Positions 1 to 9,306 of a stretch of DNA of 64,000 nucleotides are shown here, piece by piece. The notes beneath the pieces were generated by a model that was not told the DNA's origin, did not search any database, and was given only the letters and a program-made list of their open reading frames with translations. How positions within the stretch are numbered: the first letter of the stretch is position 1; each line of letters opens with the position of its first letter. The DNA lies in contig OY762897.2 in assembly GCA_963666515.2 (NCBI GenBank), positions 2,304,001 to 2,368,000 on the forward strand. The letters are read 5' to 3'. This DNA comes from Candidatus Binatia bacterium (GTDB taxonomy: Bacteria; Desulfobacterota; Binatia; UBA9968; JAJDTQ01). Both the position numbers and the translations under genes were made by a program.

Positions 1-1026
1 ACGGACGAGTACTACGCGCAGAAAGCCCGGGAAGCCGCAGCCCTGAAGCCCTGGCGCATCTGCTTCAAGGACGTGGGCGGCATGCTCACCCCGGAGCGCA
101 CCCGTACGCTGGTGCCCATCGTGCTGGAGAACATCGGCGATACCCCGGTGGAGTTCCACGCCCACTGCAACAACGGGCTGGCGCCGCTCAACTACCTGGA
201 AGCCATCAAGCTCGGCATGACCACCATCCACACCAGCATACCGCCGCTGGCCAACGGCTCGGCCCAGCCCTCGATCTTCAACATGCTCCGGAACGTGCGC
301 GCCATGGGCCATACGGTCAACGTGGACGAGGAAGCGCTGAAGCCGGTGCGGGAGCATTTCACCTTCGTGGCCAAACGGGACGGCCTGCCGGTGGGGGAGC
401 CGAGGGCCTTCGACCAGTCCGTCTACAGCCACCAGGTGCCCGGCGGCATGATCTCCAACTTCGTGCACCAGCTCCGCCTCGTGGGCATGGAGGACAAGCT
501 GCCGGCGGCGCTGGAGGAAGCCGCGCGGGTGCGCGAAGAGTGGGGCTATCCCATCATGGTGACGCCACTGTCCCAGTTCGTGGGCACCCAAGCGGCCATC
601 AACGTCATCATGGGAGAGCGCTACAAGCAGGTCACCGACCAGTCCATCCAGTACGCCCTGGGCATCTGGGGGCGGCAGGGCGCCGAGTACATGGACCCCG
701 AGGTGAAGGACCGCATCCTGGCGCGGCCGCGGGCCAAGGCTTGGGAGAACTGGGAACAGCCGGACCCGTCCCTCAAGGAGGTCCGGGCCCGGCTCGGGGC
801 CTCGCTGTCCGACGAGGAGCTGATCATGCGGGTGTACGCGGGGGACGAGGCGGTGGATGCTCTGCAGAACGCAGGCCGGCCGCGCGAGTACCTGAGCGCC
901 AGCCAGCCGCTGGTGCGGCTCATCAACGAGCTGACCCGCCAGCAGGAGTACACCCAGGTCTACATCCGCAAGCCCGGCTTCTCACTCACGCTGGGGAAGG
1001 AATCGCCGACGGCCGGCGCTTCCTGA
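1..1026 (+). CDS. Pyruvate carboxylase subunit B / oxaloacetate decarboxylase alpha-like carboxyltransferase (5' truncated by window; no biotinyl domain at C-terminus)
   Basis: Frame open from base 1; motifs CFKDVGGMLTP, FHAHCNNG, HQVPGGMISN, GYPIMVTPLSQFVGTQA. Confidence 0.85.
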   Translation, partial: TDEYYAQKAREAAALKPWRICFKDVGGMLTPERTRTLVPIVLENIGDTPVEFHAHCNNGLAPLNYLEAIKLGMTTIHTSIPPLANGSAQPSIFNMLRNVRAMGHTVNVDEEALKPVREHFTFVAKRDGLPVGEPRAFDQSVYSHQVPGGMISNFVHQLRLVGMEDKLPAALEEAARVREEWGYPIMVTPLSQFVGTQAAINVIMGERYKQVTDQSIQYALGIWGRQGAEYMDPEVKDRILARPRAKAWENWEQPDPSLKEVRARLGASLSDEELIMRVYAGDEAVDALQNAGRPREYLSASQPLVRLINELTRQQEYTQVYIRKPGFSLTLGKESPTAGAS

Positions 1027-1031
1027 ACCGG

Positions 1032-2126
1032 CTACGCCTCCGCCACCATCGGCGCCGGCACCGCCATGTCGTAGAGCCGCGCCACGTTGTCCCGCAGGAG
1101 CTTGGCGCGCACGTCCTCCGGCAGGTGACCGAGGTCCCGCGCCACCACGTCCCGCGAGTGCGGCCAGGTGGAGTTGGCGTGGGGGAAGTCGTTGGACCAC
1201 ATGCAGTTGTCGTGCCCCCACCAGACCAGATTGCGGGCGCCCACGGCGTCGTTGAAGAAGGTGGCGAAGACCTGCCGGTTGAAGTACTCCGTGGGCAGCT
1301 TGTCGATGGTCAGCGGGTCGGTGGGGCGGTGGCGGTCGAAGTAGTAGTCCCACTGCTCCAGGACATAGGGCAGCCAGCCGATCTCGTTCTCCACCAGCAC
1401 GATCTTGAGCTTCGGAAAGCGTTCCAGCACGCCCGAGAAGATGATGTCCATGAGGCTGTCGGTGATCTCCGCCAGCTTCAGGTTGACGCTGCCCCGGTAG
1501 CGCTCCAGGCCCTTGCGGTCGTAGCGGGTCTTGACGTAGCCGAAGCCCGTGAGGATGTGGACGCTGACGGGCATCTCCATCTCCTGGGCCGCGGCCCAGA
1601 AGCGTTCGTAGTGGTCGGAGGCGAAAGACATCTCCTTGGGCGGCACCTGCCAGATCAGCGCGCCGCGCAACCCGGCATTCTTGCAGCGCTCCAGTTCGGC
1701 TACCGCCACGTCCATGTTGTAGGTGGCGATCATCGGCACGCCCACCAGCCGGTCGAGGTCCACCTGGCAGTATTCGATGAGCCAGTCGTTGTACGCCCGG
1801 CAACATTCCTCGTGGAGCGCCACATCCTCCTGCGAGAACAGGCTCAGCGCATAGGTGGGGTAAAGCACCTCGGCGCTGACGCCATCTACCGCCATCTCCT
1901 TGAGCCGGGCGTTGGGATCGGAACCGCCGGGATGGGTCTGGAACCCCTCTCCGACCTTCAGCTCGGGAAAGCGCGGCGCGTTGTCGCGCATGGCTTGGGG
2001 CATGCGGTCCACGAGGGTGGCCGCCGGCTCCATCACGTGCGAATCCGACGAGAACAGCACCTCGTCGGTGGCGACCCCGCCCTCGCCCCTGAAAGTCCGT
2101 CTATAAAGGCCCGTATCGATGCTCAT
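1032..2126 (-). CDS. Amidohydrolase-2 family protein
   Basis: C-terminal part of ORF 1032..3170; start MSIDTG after GGAG RBS; motifs SSDSHVMEP, EVLYPT, SVHI, VENEIGW, WSNDFPH. Confidence 0.9.
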   Translation of the reverse strand: MSIDTGLYRRTFRGEGGVATDEVLFSSDSHVMEPAATLVDRMPQAMRDNAPRFPELKVGEGFQTHPGGSDPNARLKEMAVDGVSAEVLYPTYALSLFSQEDVALHEECCRAYNDWLIEYCQVDLDRLVGVPMIATYNMDVAVAELERCKNAGLRGALIWQVPPKEMSFASDHYERFWAAAQEMEMPVSVHILTGFGYVKTRYDRKGLERYRGSVNLKLAEITDSLMDIIFSGVLERFPKLKIVLVENEIGWLPYVLEQWDYYFDRHRPTDPLTIDKLPTEYFNRQVFATFFNDAVGARNLVWWGHDNCMWSNDFPHANSTWPHSRDVVARDLGHLPEDVRAKLLRDNVARLYDMAVPAPMVAEA

Positions 2127-2194
2127 GGGAGGCTCCTTTCGTCGCGTCCTGTCTCTTGAATTCTTATGCCAAACCGCCTGCCGTTGCCAACGCT

Positions 2195-3487
2195 TCACTT
2201 GCGATCGCGGTTGGCGACCTCCAGCGCCGCGAACGCGTACATGCGCGCAGCGGCTTCGAGGTCTTCCACCTTCTGCATCTCGCTGGTGGCCGGCTTGGCG
2301 TCCGCGGCTTCCGGCGCCGGGCCGCACTTGATGGCCGGGATGCCCACCTCGGCGAACACCGTGAGGTCCGCGTAGGTGCTGGTGAAGGCGCTGCGGATGG
2401 GCTCCACCTTGCGGCCCCGGACGTACTCGTGGGCCTCCTCCATGGCGGCCACCAGGGGCTCCGCGCCCTTGGACTCGTAGCTGTTGACCGACAGGAACAG
2501 CGAGGACTTGGCCTCGATGCCCGTGTCGGCCAGGACCGCCCTCACCTCCCGCAACACGTCGATGGCGCGCTGGTCCGGGGTCATGAAGGCCTCGACGTAG
2601 AGGTTGCAGATGGCCGGCGAGAAGTTGGGCTTGAACGGGGCGCCGCCGAAGATGGAGCCGATGTTGACCTTGGGCACCATGGTGCCGGCGCCGAACTCGT
2701 AGCGGTGCTCCTGCTCGTAGCGCCGCGCCCATTCCTCCAGCGCCGGGATGATGGAGGCCATGCGCACCACCGCGTTCTTGCTCTCCCTGGCGTCCACCGG
2801 GTGGTCCACGAACGGCCCGTACATGGGCTCGCCGTAGGTGGTGATCTTGATGAAGACGGCGCCGCACTGGGCCCAGGTGATGCGGAACTGGGACGGCTCC
2901 ACCACGATGCAGTAGTCCCCCACCACGCCGTGGGTCACCAGGTAGCGCGCGCCGTGGCCCTTGCCGCGGTAGGCGGGGCCCTGGTAGTGGTCCACCGGCG
3001 CGCGCCCGATCTCGCCGGCCACGCCGGTGACGATGACGTCGCCCTTGAGCTTGACGCCGCTCTCCTTGAGCGCCTTGGCCATGACCAGCGTGCAGGTGAG
3101 CGGCCCCTTGTCGTTGACGATGCCGCTGCCGTAGATGACGTCGTCCTCCCGCCGCGCCAGCGCCTGCCACTCGGGCCGGCTGCTCCCGGTGATCCAGAGA
3201 TCCTCCTGCCCGCCAGACAGGGCCGTGTCCATGTGCCCGTTGAACAGCAGCGTCGGCCCCGTGCCCTCGCCCGGAATCACCCCCACCACGTTGGCGCGCC
3301 CCGGCTCGGTGTGCTGCAGGAAAGTCTCGATCCCCTGCTTCTGCAGCCAGTCATGGATGAACCGCGCCACCTCCTCCTCGCTCCCGGTGGGCGTGGGGAA
3401 GTTGACGACGTCCATGGCCAGACTGGCCAACTCCTCCCGGTCGATGTGGGAAAAGACCTTCTCCAAGGTCGCTTGGTCGGTATACAT
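2195..3487 (-). CDS. M20/M25/M40 family metallo-hydrolase (ArgE/DapE-like)
   Basis: LFNGHMDT, GSGIVNDKG, VVEPS; GGAGG RBS. Confidence 0.85.
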   Translation of the reverse strand: MYTDQATLEKVFSHIDREELASLAMDVVNFPTPTGSEEEVARFIHDWLQKQGIETFLQHTEPGRANVVGVIPGEGTGPTLLFNGHMDTALSGGQEDLWITGSSRPEWQALARREDDVIYGSGIVNDKGPLTCTLVMAKALKESGVKLKGDVIVTGVAGEIGRAPVDHYQGPAYRGKGHGARYLVTHGVVGDYCIVVEPSQFRITWAQCGAVFIKITTYGEPMYGPFVDHPVDARESKNAVVRMASIIPALEEWARRYEQEHRYEFGAGTMVPKVNIGSIFGGAPFKPNFSPAICNLYVEAFMTPDQRAIDVLREVRAVLADTGIEAKSSLFLSVNSYESKGAEPLVAAMEEAHEYVRGRKVEPIRSAFTSTYADLTVFAEVGIPAIKCGPAPEAADAKPATSEMQKVEDLEAAARMYAFAALEVANRDRK

Positions 3488-3579
3488 GGTCGGAACCCCC
3501 TCCGTGGATTACAGCGGAAGCTAACGGACACGGAAGCCGGGAGTCAAGCGAAACGGGGTCTGGTAGATGTCGGAATGGG

Positions 3580-4521
3580 CTAAGTGTTCCGGGAACCGTC
3601 GTATCTCAGGAACCGCTTTACCACCGGATGCCATGCGCACGGTTGGTACCCCTTCCACGAAGGATGGTGGATGGCCAGAATGACGCTTTCTCCCTCGGAG
3701 TAGCAATAGCGGCCGAGGAGGCTCTTCGGCGACCTCTTCGGCGTCGTCGGAAAATTTTCGGAGCCGAAGCAGTCAATCAACGCTTTCAGCGGCCTCGCCC
3801 AAAAGTCCTCGTCGTACGGCATATTGTCCCAGAGCCTCATTCCGCATGCCACGATGTGCGTTGGACGCAGACATTCCAAAGTCGCACGAAACGGAGCGGC
3901 CGCATCTTCCCACATCTCTCTGGTCGGTGGGATGTCAGGAGCGTCGCCGACACTCCGCTGAACATAGTTGTAGAACGCAATGGAATTGAAAAACTGGGAC
4001 CGCTGTGCAGGAGTGTCGGGTCCGAGAACCGTGTGAAAGACTTTGGTGAAGAAAGGATAGACGCTTCCTTCAATGTAATCTTGCACCACAGCCCTCGTCA
4101 GTTCGCTACCCCAGCCGTCCGATTCCTTCTCGTAGTGCGATTCTCCGAGAATCAGGAGTCTGGCCGGCAGACCGAGGTTATTTCGCTCGCCGTAGCCCTC
4201 TCCTTTCCAAGGACGAAATCTCGGTTGACGCCTCGTCTTCAGCCAATTCACGAAAGAACGCTTGCTCTCCCCGGATCGTTTTCCTGCGAGCAGACCCTCA
4301 ACGCTTATGTCCTCGTCGATGTCGTCCCAATGAATTCCCTGGCCTTTGCCGATGAGGCTCCAGTTGGCCCTCTCTTGCTTCGTGGCGTAGGCGAGCCTCG
4401 GGTACCGGTCCAACGGGATGGACACAGTACCGCCATCGCTCAACTTGACGTGCAGCGTGTCACCCGACGCCTCTAAGCCGACCGCGTTCGGCACACTTCT
4501 TTCAACTGCTGAAATACTCAT
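3580..4521 (-). CDS. DUF2442 antitoxin-like domain fused to a uracil-DNA glycosylase superfamily domain
   Basis: N-terminal ~97 aa LSDG..SIPL..YPRL..AT..ERANW..IGKGQGIHWDDIDEDISVEGLLAG (DUF2442-like); C-terminal FRPWKG..LLILGESHY..FYNYVQ..RPTHIVACG..IHHPS (UDG-fold motifs). Confidence 0.75.
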   Translation of the reverse strand: MSISAVERSVPNAVGLEASGDTLHVKLSDGGTVSIPLDRYPRLAYATKQERANWSLIGKGQGIHWDDIDEDISVEGLLAGKRSGESKRSFVNWLKTRRQPRFRPWKGEGYGERNNLGLPARLLILGESHYEKESDGWGSELTRAVVQDYIEGSVYPFFTKVFHTVLGPDTPAQRSQFFNSIAFYNYVQRSVGDAPDIPPTREMWEDAAAPFRATLECLRPTHIVACGMRLWDNMPYDEDFWARPLKALIDCFGSENFPTTPKRSPKSLLGRYCYSEGESVILAIHHPSWKGYQPCAWHPVVKRFLRYDGSRNT

Positions 4522-4738
4522 CCCAAGCCTCTACGAGTTCCCTTCGATGTTCTTCGACAATACCGATAATACGCGAAATTTCGGCCGGACGGAATCCGCC
4601 GGCTTCCTGAAGCCGGATGGGTTCGAGCCAGAATTTCGCAACGTGGTTGTCTCGCGCTACATGCACGTGACGAGGCTCTTGACCGTCGCTTGAGTAGAAG
4701 AAACACCGGTACGGTCCCTGCCTCAGTACAGTGGGCAT
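4502..4738 (-). CDS. DUF4160 family protein (putative toxin partner of DUF2442)
   Basis: MPTVLRQGPYRCFFYSSDGQEPRHVHV..AKFWLEP..EAWDEYF; overlaps the start of the DUF2442 gene. Confidence 0.85.
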   Translation of the reverse strand: MPTVLRQGPYRCFFYSSDGQEPRHVHVARDNHVAKFWLEPIRLQEAGGFRPAEISRIIGIVEEHRRELVEAWDEYFSS

Positions 4739-5090
4739 CTCTGCTATCGCGTAGGTGACCCATGCAGTCAGCCACTCCGTTGATTTGATCCGGCGTCCTT
4801 TGACGCCGTCAACACGGAGTCTCAACCCAAGGATGGAAACATACCGTTTAATCCAAAATCTCTCAAGGTGCCCTACCGGACCGAGAAAATTGAGCCAAGC
4901 GTTGTGTATTTGACCGAGGTGGGAGTCCCCGGGCGCCCTTTCAGATCACCGTCCCGAGCGGAGTCAAGGGAAGAGACTTGACAGCGAACAGGTAATCAGT
5001 GACCCGGGGCAACGTCATCGCCGGACCCTTGCAGGCAACCTCCTTGTTTCCGACGAAGATACCGGTGCAACACGCGTCCGCGCGCCTTCA

Positions 5091-5120
5091 TTGACACGGC
5101 CGGACACGATCCGCTATTTT
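5091..5120 (+). promoter_or_regulatory. Putative sigma-70 promoter of the UbiD gene
   Basis: TTGACA-N18-TATTTT about 130 bp upstream of the ATG. Confidence 0.5.
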
Positions 5121-5247
5121 ACCGTTTCGCGCTGGAGCCTGCCGTTTCTTTCCGACACCGAAGCCCCGAATCCGGGCTGCAACACACGGGGCGACGGGGA
5201 CTCTCTGCGACATCACTTGAAAGTTCGACGCGAACAGGAGGCAGTCA

Positions 5248-6876
5248 ATGGGTTATGCAGACCTACATGAGCATCTGAGAATGCTCGAAGAAGCGGGGCA
5301 TCTGCGCCGCATCAACCAGACCATCAACAAGGACACGGAGCTGCACCCGCTGGTGCGCTGGCAGTACCGGGGCGGCATTCCGGACGAGGAGCGCAAGGCG
5401 TGGTACTTCTCCAACGTCACCGACTCCCGCGGGCGCAAATTCGACTTTCCCGTGGTGGTGGGAGCGCTGGCGGGCAGCAAGGCCATCTACTTCCTGGGCA
5501 TGGGCTGCGACAGCGCCGAGGAGATGGACAAGAAATGGAAGCACGCCCTCTCCAACCCCATCACGCCCAAGGTGGTGGACAACCCGGCGTGCCATGAAGT
5601 GGTGATGACCGGCGATGCCGTGGAGAACCAGGGGCTGGACAAGTTCCCGGTGCCCATCTCCACCCCCGGCTTCGACAACGGCCCCTACACCACCTGCTCC
5701 CACTGGATCACCAAGGATCCGGAAACCGGCATCGGCAACATCGGCAACTACCGGGGCCAGATCAAGTCGAACTCCCGGGTGGGCGTGTTCCCGTCCGGGC
5801 TGGGCCAGGACATCTTCCTGCACTGGAAGAACGCCCAGAAGCGCGGCGAGCCGCTGGAGGCGGCCCTGGTCATCGGCGCGCCGCCGGTGGTCTCCTACGT
5901 CTCGGTGCAGAAGGTGGACTACGGCGTGGACGAAATGGCCATCGCCGGCGGCTTCGTGGGCGAGCCCATCCGCATGGCCCAATGCAAGACCGTGGACCTG
6001 CAGGTGCCGGCGGAGTCCGAGATCGTCATCGAGGGGCGGCTCAACACCGAGTTCGTGGAGCCCGAGGGGCCGTTCGGCGAATCCCACGGCTACATGCACC
6101 CCCGGCAGTTGAACCCGTTCATGGACGTCACCGCCATCACCCACCGCAAGGACGCCATCTATGTTTCCTGGTTGAGCCAGCTCACCCCCAGCGAGTCGTC
6201 GGTCATCCGCAAGATCGGCTACGACCGGCTGATGCTGGTGCACCTGCGCGACCACTGCCGCATCACCAGCGTCATCCGGGTGGAGATGCACGAGCCCCTC
6301 ACCAACACCTACAAGCTCGTCATCGTGCAGATGCGCAAGCCCAAGGAAGCCGAGGTCTGGCGCGCGCTCCACGCCGCGGCATCGTTCCACCCCGGCGTCG
6401 GCAAGATCGTCATCGCCGTGGACGAGGACATCGACCCCTCGGACGAGGCAGCCGTCTTCTGGGCCATGTGCTACCGCATGAAGCCCCACCAGGACGTGCA
6501 GATCATCGGCGGCATGGAGAAGGGCCACGCCCCGCCGTTCCTCTACAAGCACGAGGCCAAGGGCACCGACGTGGTGTCGTACCACCTGCCGGCGGACGAG
6601 TCGGGGATGCTGTGCAACGCCATCCAGAAGGAGCCCTTCCCGCCCGTGTCCCTGCCCAAGCGGGAATACATGGAGCACGCCCGGGAGCTGTGGGAGGAGT
6701 TCATGCTGCCGCCCCTCAAGCCCAAGATGCCGTGGTACGGCTACTCCCTCGGGCAATGGGACGAGGAACTGGACGAGGAAGCCAGGCTCGCGGTGGAGGG
6801 ACGCTACTTCGAGACTGGCGAGAAGCTCAAGTCACGGCGGGTCAAGGCCAGCGAGGTGGAGGAAGAGGACCACTAG
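5248..6876 (+). CDS. UbiD family (prFMN-dependent) decarboxylase
   Basis: PVPISTPGFDNGPY, NIGNYRGQ, VPAESEIVIEG, EGPFGESHGY, VDEDIDP; AGGAGG RBS. Confidence 0.9.
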   Translation: MGYADLHEHLRMLEEAGHLRRINQTINKDTELHPLVRWQYRGGIPDEERKAWYFSNVTDSRGRKFDFPVVVGALAGSKAIYFLGMGCDSAEEMDKKWKHALSNPITPKVVDNPACHEVVMTGDAVENQGLDKFPVPISTPGFDNGPYTTCSHWITKDPETGIGNIGNYRGQIKSNSRVGVFPSGLGQDIFLHWKNAQKRGEPLEAALVIGAPPVVSYVSVQKVDYGVDEMAIAGGFVGEPIRMAQCKTVDLQVPAESEIVIEGRLNTEFVEPEGPFGESHGYMHPRQLNPFMDVTAITHRKDAIYVSWLSQLTPSESSVIRKIGYDRLMLVHLRDHCRITSVIRVEMHEPLTNTYKLVIVQMRKPKEAEVWRALHAAASFHPGVGKIVIAVDEDIDPSDEAAVFWAMCYRMKPHQDVQIIGGMEKGHAPPFLYKHEAKGTDVVSYHLPADESGMLCNAIQKEPFPPVSLPKREYMEHARELWEEFMLPPLKPKMPWYGYSLGQWDEELDEEARLAVEGRYFETGEKLKSRRVKASEVEEEDH

Positions 6877-6889
6877 CTTCGAGGCGGCC

Positions 6890-7735
6890 ATGCAGATCCA
6901 GACACTCACGCTGTTGCATCCCGGCAATATGGGCGCCACCGTCGGCGCCGCGGTGAGCGGCGCCCGGGTGCTGTGGGTTTCGGACGGACGGAGTGAAGGG
7001 AGCCGGCGGAGGGCACGAGAGGCCGGACTGGTCGAAGTGGCGACGCTTGCGGAGGCCGTCGGTGAGAGTGACGCGGTCCTTTCCGTGTGCCCGCCCCACG
7101 CCGCCGAAGATGTGGCGCAAGACGTAGCCGACCTGGGGTTCACCGAGATCTACATCGACGCCAATGCCGTGTCCCGGGCCACCGCGCAACGCGTGAGTAC
7201 GGTTGTCGGCAAGGCCGGGGCCCATTTCGTGGACGGCGCCATCATCGGCCCGCCGGTGCGCAAGCCGGGCACCACGCGCCTCTACCTGTCGGGAACCGGA
7301 GGCGAGGCGGTGGCGAACCTGTTCTCTGGTGGCCTGCTCGACGCCAGGGTCATCCAAGGGGGGACCGGCGCTGCCTCCGCTCTCAAGATGGCCTACGCCG
7401 CCTGGACCAAGGGCAGCGACGCGCTGGTCCTGGCCATCCGTGCGCTGGCGGCCACGGAAGGCGTGGAGGAGGCGCTGCTCCAGGAGTGGGCGGGCTCGCA
7501 ACCCAACCTCGGCCGCAAGAGCGAACGCGCGGCCTCGGTAGCAGCGCCCAAGGGTTGGCGCTACGTGGGCGAGATGGAAGAGATCGCCGCCAGCTTCGAG
7601 TCCGCGGGGCTTCCCGCAGGCTTCCACAAGGCCGCCGCCGACCTCTACCGGCGGCTGGCGCCGTTCAAGGACCGCACGGACCCCGGACCCGAGGTCAAGG
7701 AAGTGCTCGACGTGCTCGCTACGAAGAGACGGTAA
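6890..7735 (+). CDS. NAD(P)-dependent oxidoreductase, 6PGDH/beta-hydroxyacid dehydrogenase-like (DUF1932 C-terminus)
   Basis: LLHPGNMGA, SVCPP, DANAVS, VDGAIIGPP, ASALKMAYAAWTKG, KGWRYVGEMEEIA. Confidence 0.85.
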   Translation: MQIQTLTLLHPGNMGATVGAAVSGARVLWVSDGRSEGSRRRAREAGLVEVATLAEAVGESDAVLSVCPPHAAEDVAQDVADLGFTEIYIDANAVSRATAQRVSTVVGKAGAHFVDGAIIGPPVRKPGTTRLYLSGTGGEAVANLFSGGLLDARVIQGGTGAASALKMAYAAWTKGSDALVLAIRALAATEGVEEALLQEWAGSQPNLGRKSERAASVAAPKGWRYVGEMEEIAASFESAGLPAGFHKAAADLYRRLAPFKDRTDPGPEVKEVLDVLATKRR

Positions 7736-7773
7736 ACGTCAGCCGGCCGTCACAGTTTATCCGGGAGGTTCCC

Positions 7774-8190
7774 TCACAATCTGAGCAGCGGACGGTCCGG
7801 CGATTCAGGCCGCGGCCCGAGCGTCTGGCGCACGCAGTCAGCCACCAGATCCAGCCGTTCCATGACGATTTGGCCGACCAAAGCATCAGCCCCGGCCGGC
7901 ACGACGACGCACTCGGTGGACGTCCAGCGGTCGCCGATGCGGACCGTCAGCGGGCCGGCGATGGGCCGTTGACGCTGCTGTCCGTCAGCGTAGGTGAACG
8001 CGGCGCTGCCCACGACCCTGATGCCGAGCCGGTTCACCGTGTCCTCAGGCAGCGCCAGCATCACCGCGCCCGTATCCGCGACGGCGCGGACGGTAACCCG
8101 CCGGATGTCTTCCTCCCTGCGATGCCCTTCCTCAAACAGCGCACGGTCTCGCGGGTTCTCCAACTCTATGTCCACGACGATTTCACCCAT
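7774..8190 (-). CDS. Clan AA (retropepsin-like) aspartic protease, AF_0612-like
   Basis: MGEIVVDIELEN..AVADTGAVMLALP..YADG..LVGQIVMERLDL; purine-rich RBS. Confidence 0.85.
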   Translation of the reverse strand: MGEIVVDIELENPRDRALFEEGHRREEDIRRVTVRAVADTGAVMLALPEDTVNRLGIRVVGSAAFTYADGQQRQRPIAGPLTVRIGDRWTSTECVVVPAGADALVGQIVMERLDLVADCVRQTLGPRPESPDRPLLRL

Positions 8191-8291
8191 CGCGCTCCCC
8201 TTCTCCATGCAGTAGCCATCCACGCCCCGACAAGGATACCGCATCATGGGCGGAACCCCAAGCTGCGGTCTCGTCTCATGACCATATGCCC

Positions 8292-8306
8292 GCAAGATCC
8301 ATGCCA
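8292..8306 (-). promoter_or_regulatory. Putative sigma-54 (-24/-12) promoter upstream of the aspartic protease gene
   Basis: Minus strand TGGCATGGATCTTGC: GG-N10-GC with TTGC, intergenic, ~100 bp upstream of start. Confidence 0.6.
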
Positions 8307-8351
8307 ATGCGGACGCGGGCGCCGGCGCAGAGTGGTCGAGCCCGGCCGCCC

Positions 8352-9185
8352 TCAGAGGACCGACTCCGCGGAGAGCGGCTTGGGCCTCCCGTGGTACCAC
8401 TCGAACCAGTCCTCGCCGTCCCGGGGACAGGCCGACAGCATCGCCTCCATGGTCACGGGTACGATATCACCCTCGCGGATCTCCCGCAGTCGTGACGCCG
8501 GCATCGGGTTGCCGTACTGCGCGTTCCTCATCTCCAGCCGGATCGCGCCCATCTCCGCGATGATCCCCGCGGCGGTCTCGACGTCTTCGGGCCCGCGGAT
8601 CAGCCGGTACAGGTCGTCCCGCCCTTCCGAGGCGCCGTGCTCGATCTCGTCCCGCAGGATGATCTTCGATGCGCGCGAGAGGGCCTCCTCGTAGTCGCCG
8701 CCCCGGAGCGGGATCATGCCGTAGAACAGCGAACCGCCGCCGCCACGGGTGAACAGCGCCGCGGCCAGATCCAGTTCCGACCCGCCCGCCTTCAGCTCCG
8801 CCCACCGCCGGTGCTCCCGGCGCGACAGCTCGTACCACGATGCCTGCTGCGCGGTCTCCCGGAGTTCGCGCCACTGCACCCGCTCGCCGCTGATGCCCTC
8901 GTAGATGTAGGCCAGCATGCCGTAGTGGCGGACCTCCTGGTAGTCCTCGGTGAGTTGGTCCACCAGCGTTTCGCGGGACACGGACCGGTCCACCTGCTCC
9001 ACCAGCTCGCAGCGCTGGTGGGAGGCGATCTCCTCCAGGTTCCGGGCCTCCCGCGCCACCTGGAAACGCAGCCAGTCCAGGTGCTGCGGAAGCGGCCGTT
9101 TCTCCTCGAAGAAACGTTGCGCCACCTCGGCCTCGCCGGCGCGGTACTTGCCGACGATCTCCTCGATTTCGGGTATCGGCGTCAT
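8352..9185 (-). CDS. Ferritin-like (diiron-carboxylate fold) hypothetical protein
   Basis: Helical 277 aa with two ExxH motifs (QEVRH, DEIEH). Confidence 0.6.
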   Translation of the reverse strand: MTPIPEIEEIVGKYRAGEAEVAQRFFEEKRPLPQHLDWLRFQVAREARNLEEIASHQRCELVEQVDRSVSRETLVDQLTEDYQEVRHYGMLAYIYEGISGERVQWRELRETAQQASWYELSRREHRRWAELKAGGSELDLAAALFTRGGGGSLFYGMIPLRGGDYEEALSRASKIILRDEIEHGASEGRDDLYRLIRGPEDVETAAGIIAEMGAIRLEMRNAQYGNPMPASRLREIREGDIVPVTMEAMLSACPRDGEDWFEWYHGRPKPLSAESVL

Positions 9186-9224
9186 GGTCTCGACTCCACA
9201 CGGAGGATGGACATGCTTGTCGGG

Positions 9225-9253
9225 ACGCTAACACCGGGCAGGGAGCCTGTCAA
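9225..9253 (-). promoter_or_regulatory. Putative sigma-70 promoter of the ferritin-like gene
   Basis: Minus strand TTGACA-N17-TAGCGT. Confidence 0.5.
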
Positions 9254-9306
9254 AGCTCCCGGCCGGCCGGTGGTGGGTGCGTCGCCGACGGGGTATGATG
9301 ACCGCC

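Noticed and set aside
2157-2171. Minus-strand TGGCATAAGAATTCA as a sigma-54 promoter for the amidohydrolase
   Set aside because: Good -24 box but the -12 reads TTCA rather than TTGC; not enough support.
1032-3170. 712-aa ORF suggesting a fused amidohydrolase
   Set aside because: N-terminal half overlaps the M20 gene in another frame and is low-complexity Arg/Gly; the real start is 2126 with an RBS.
4774-4820. Hairpin ACTCCGTTGA..CGGCGTC/GACGCCG..TCAACACGGAGT upstream of the DUF4160 gene
   Set aside because: No U-tract and no second copy; cannot distinguish terminator, operator or chance.
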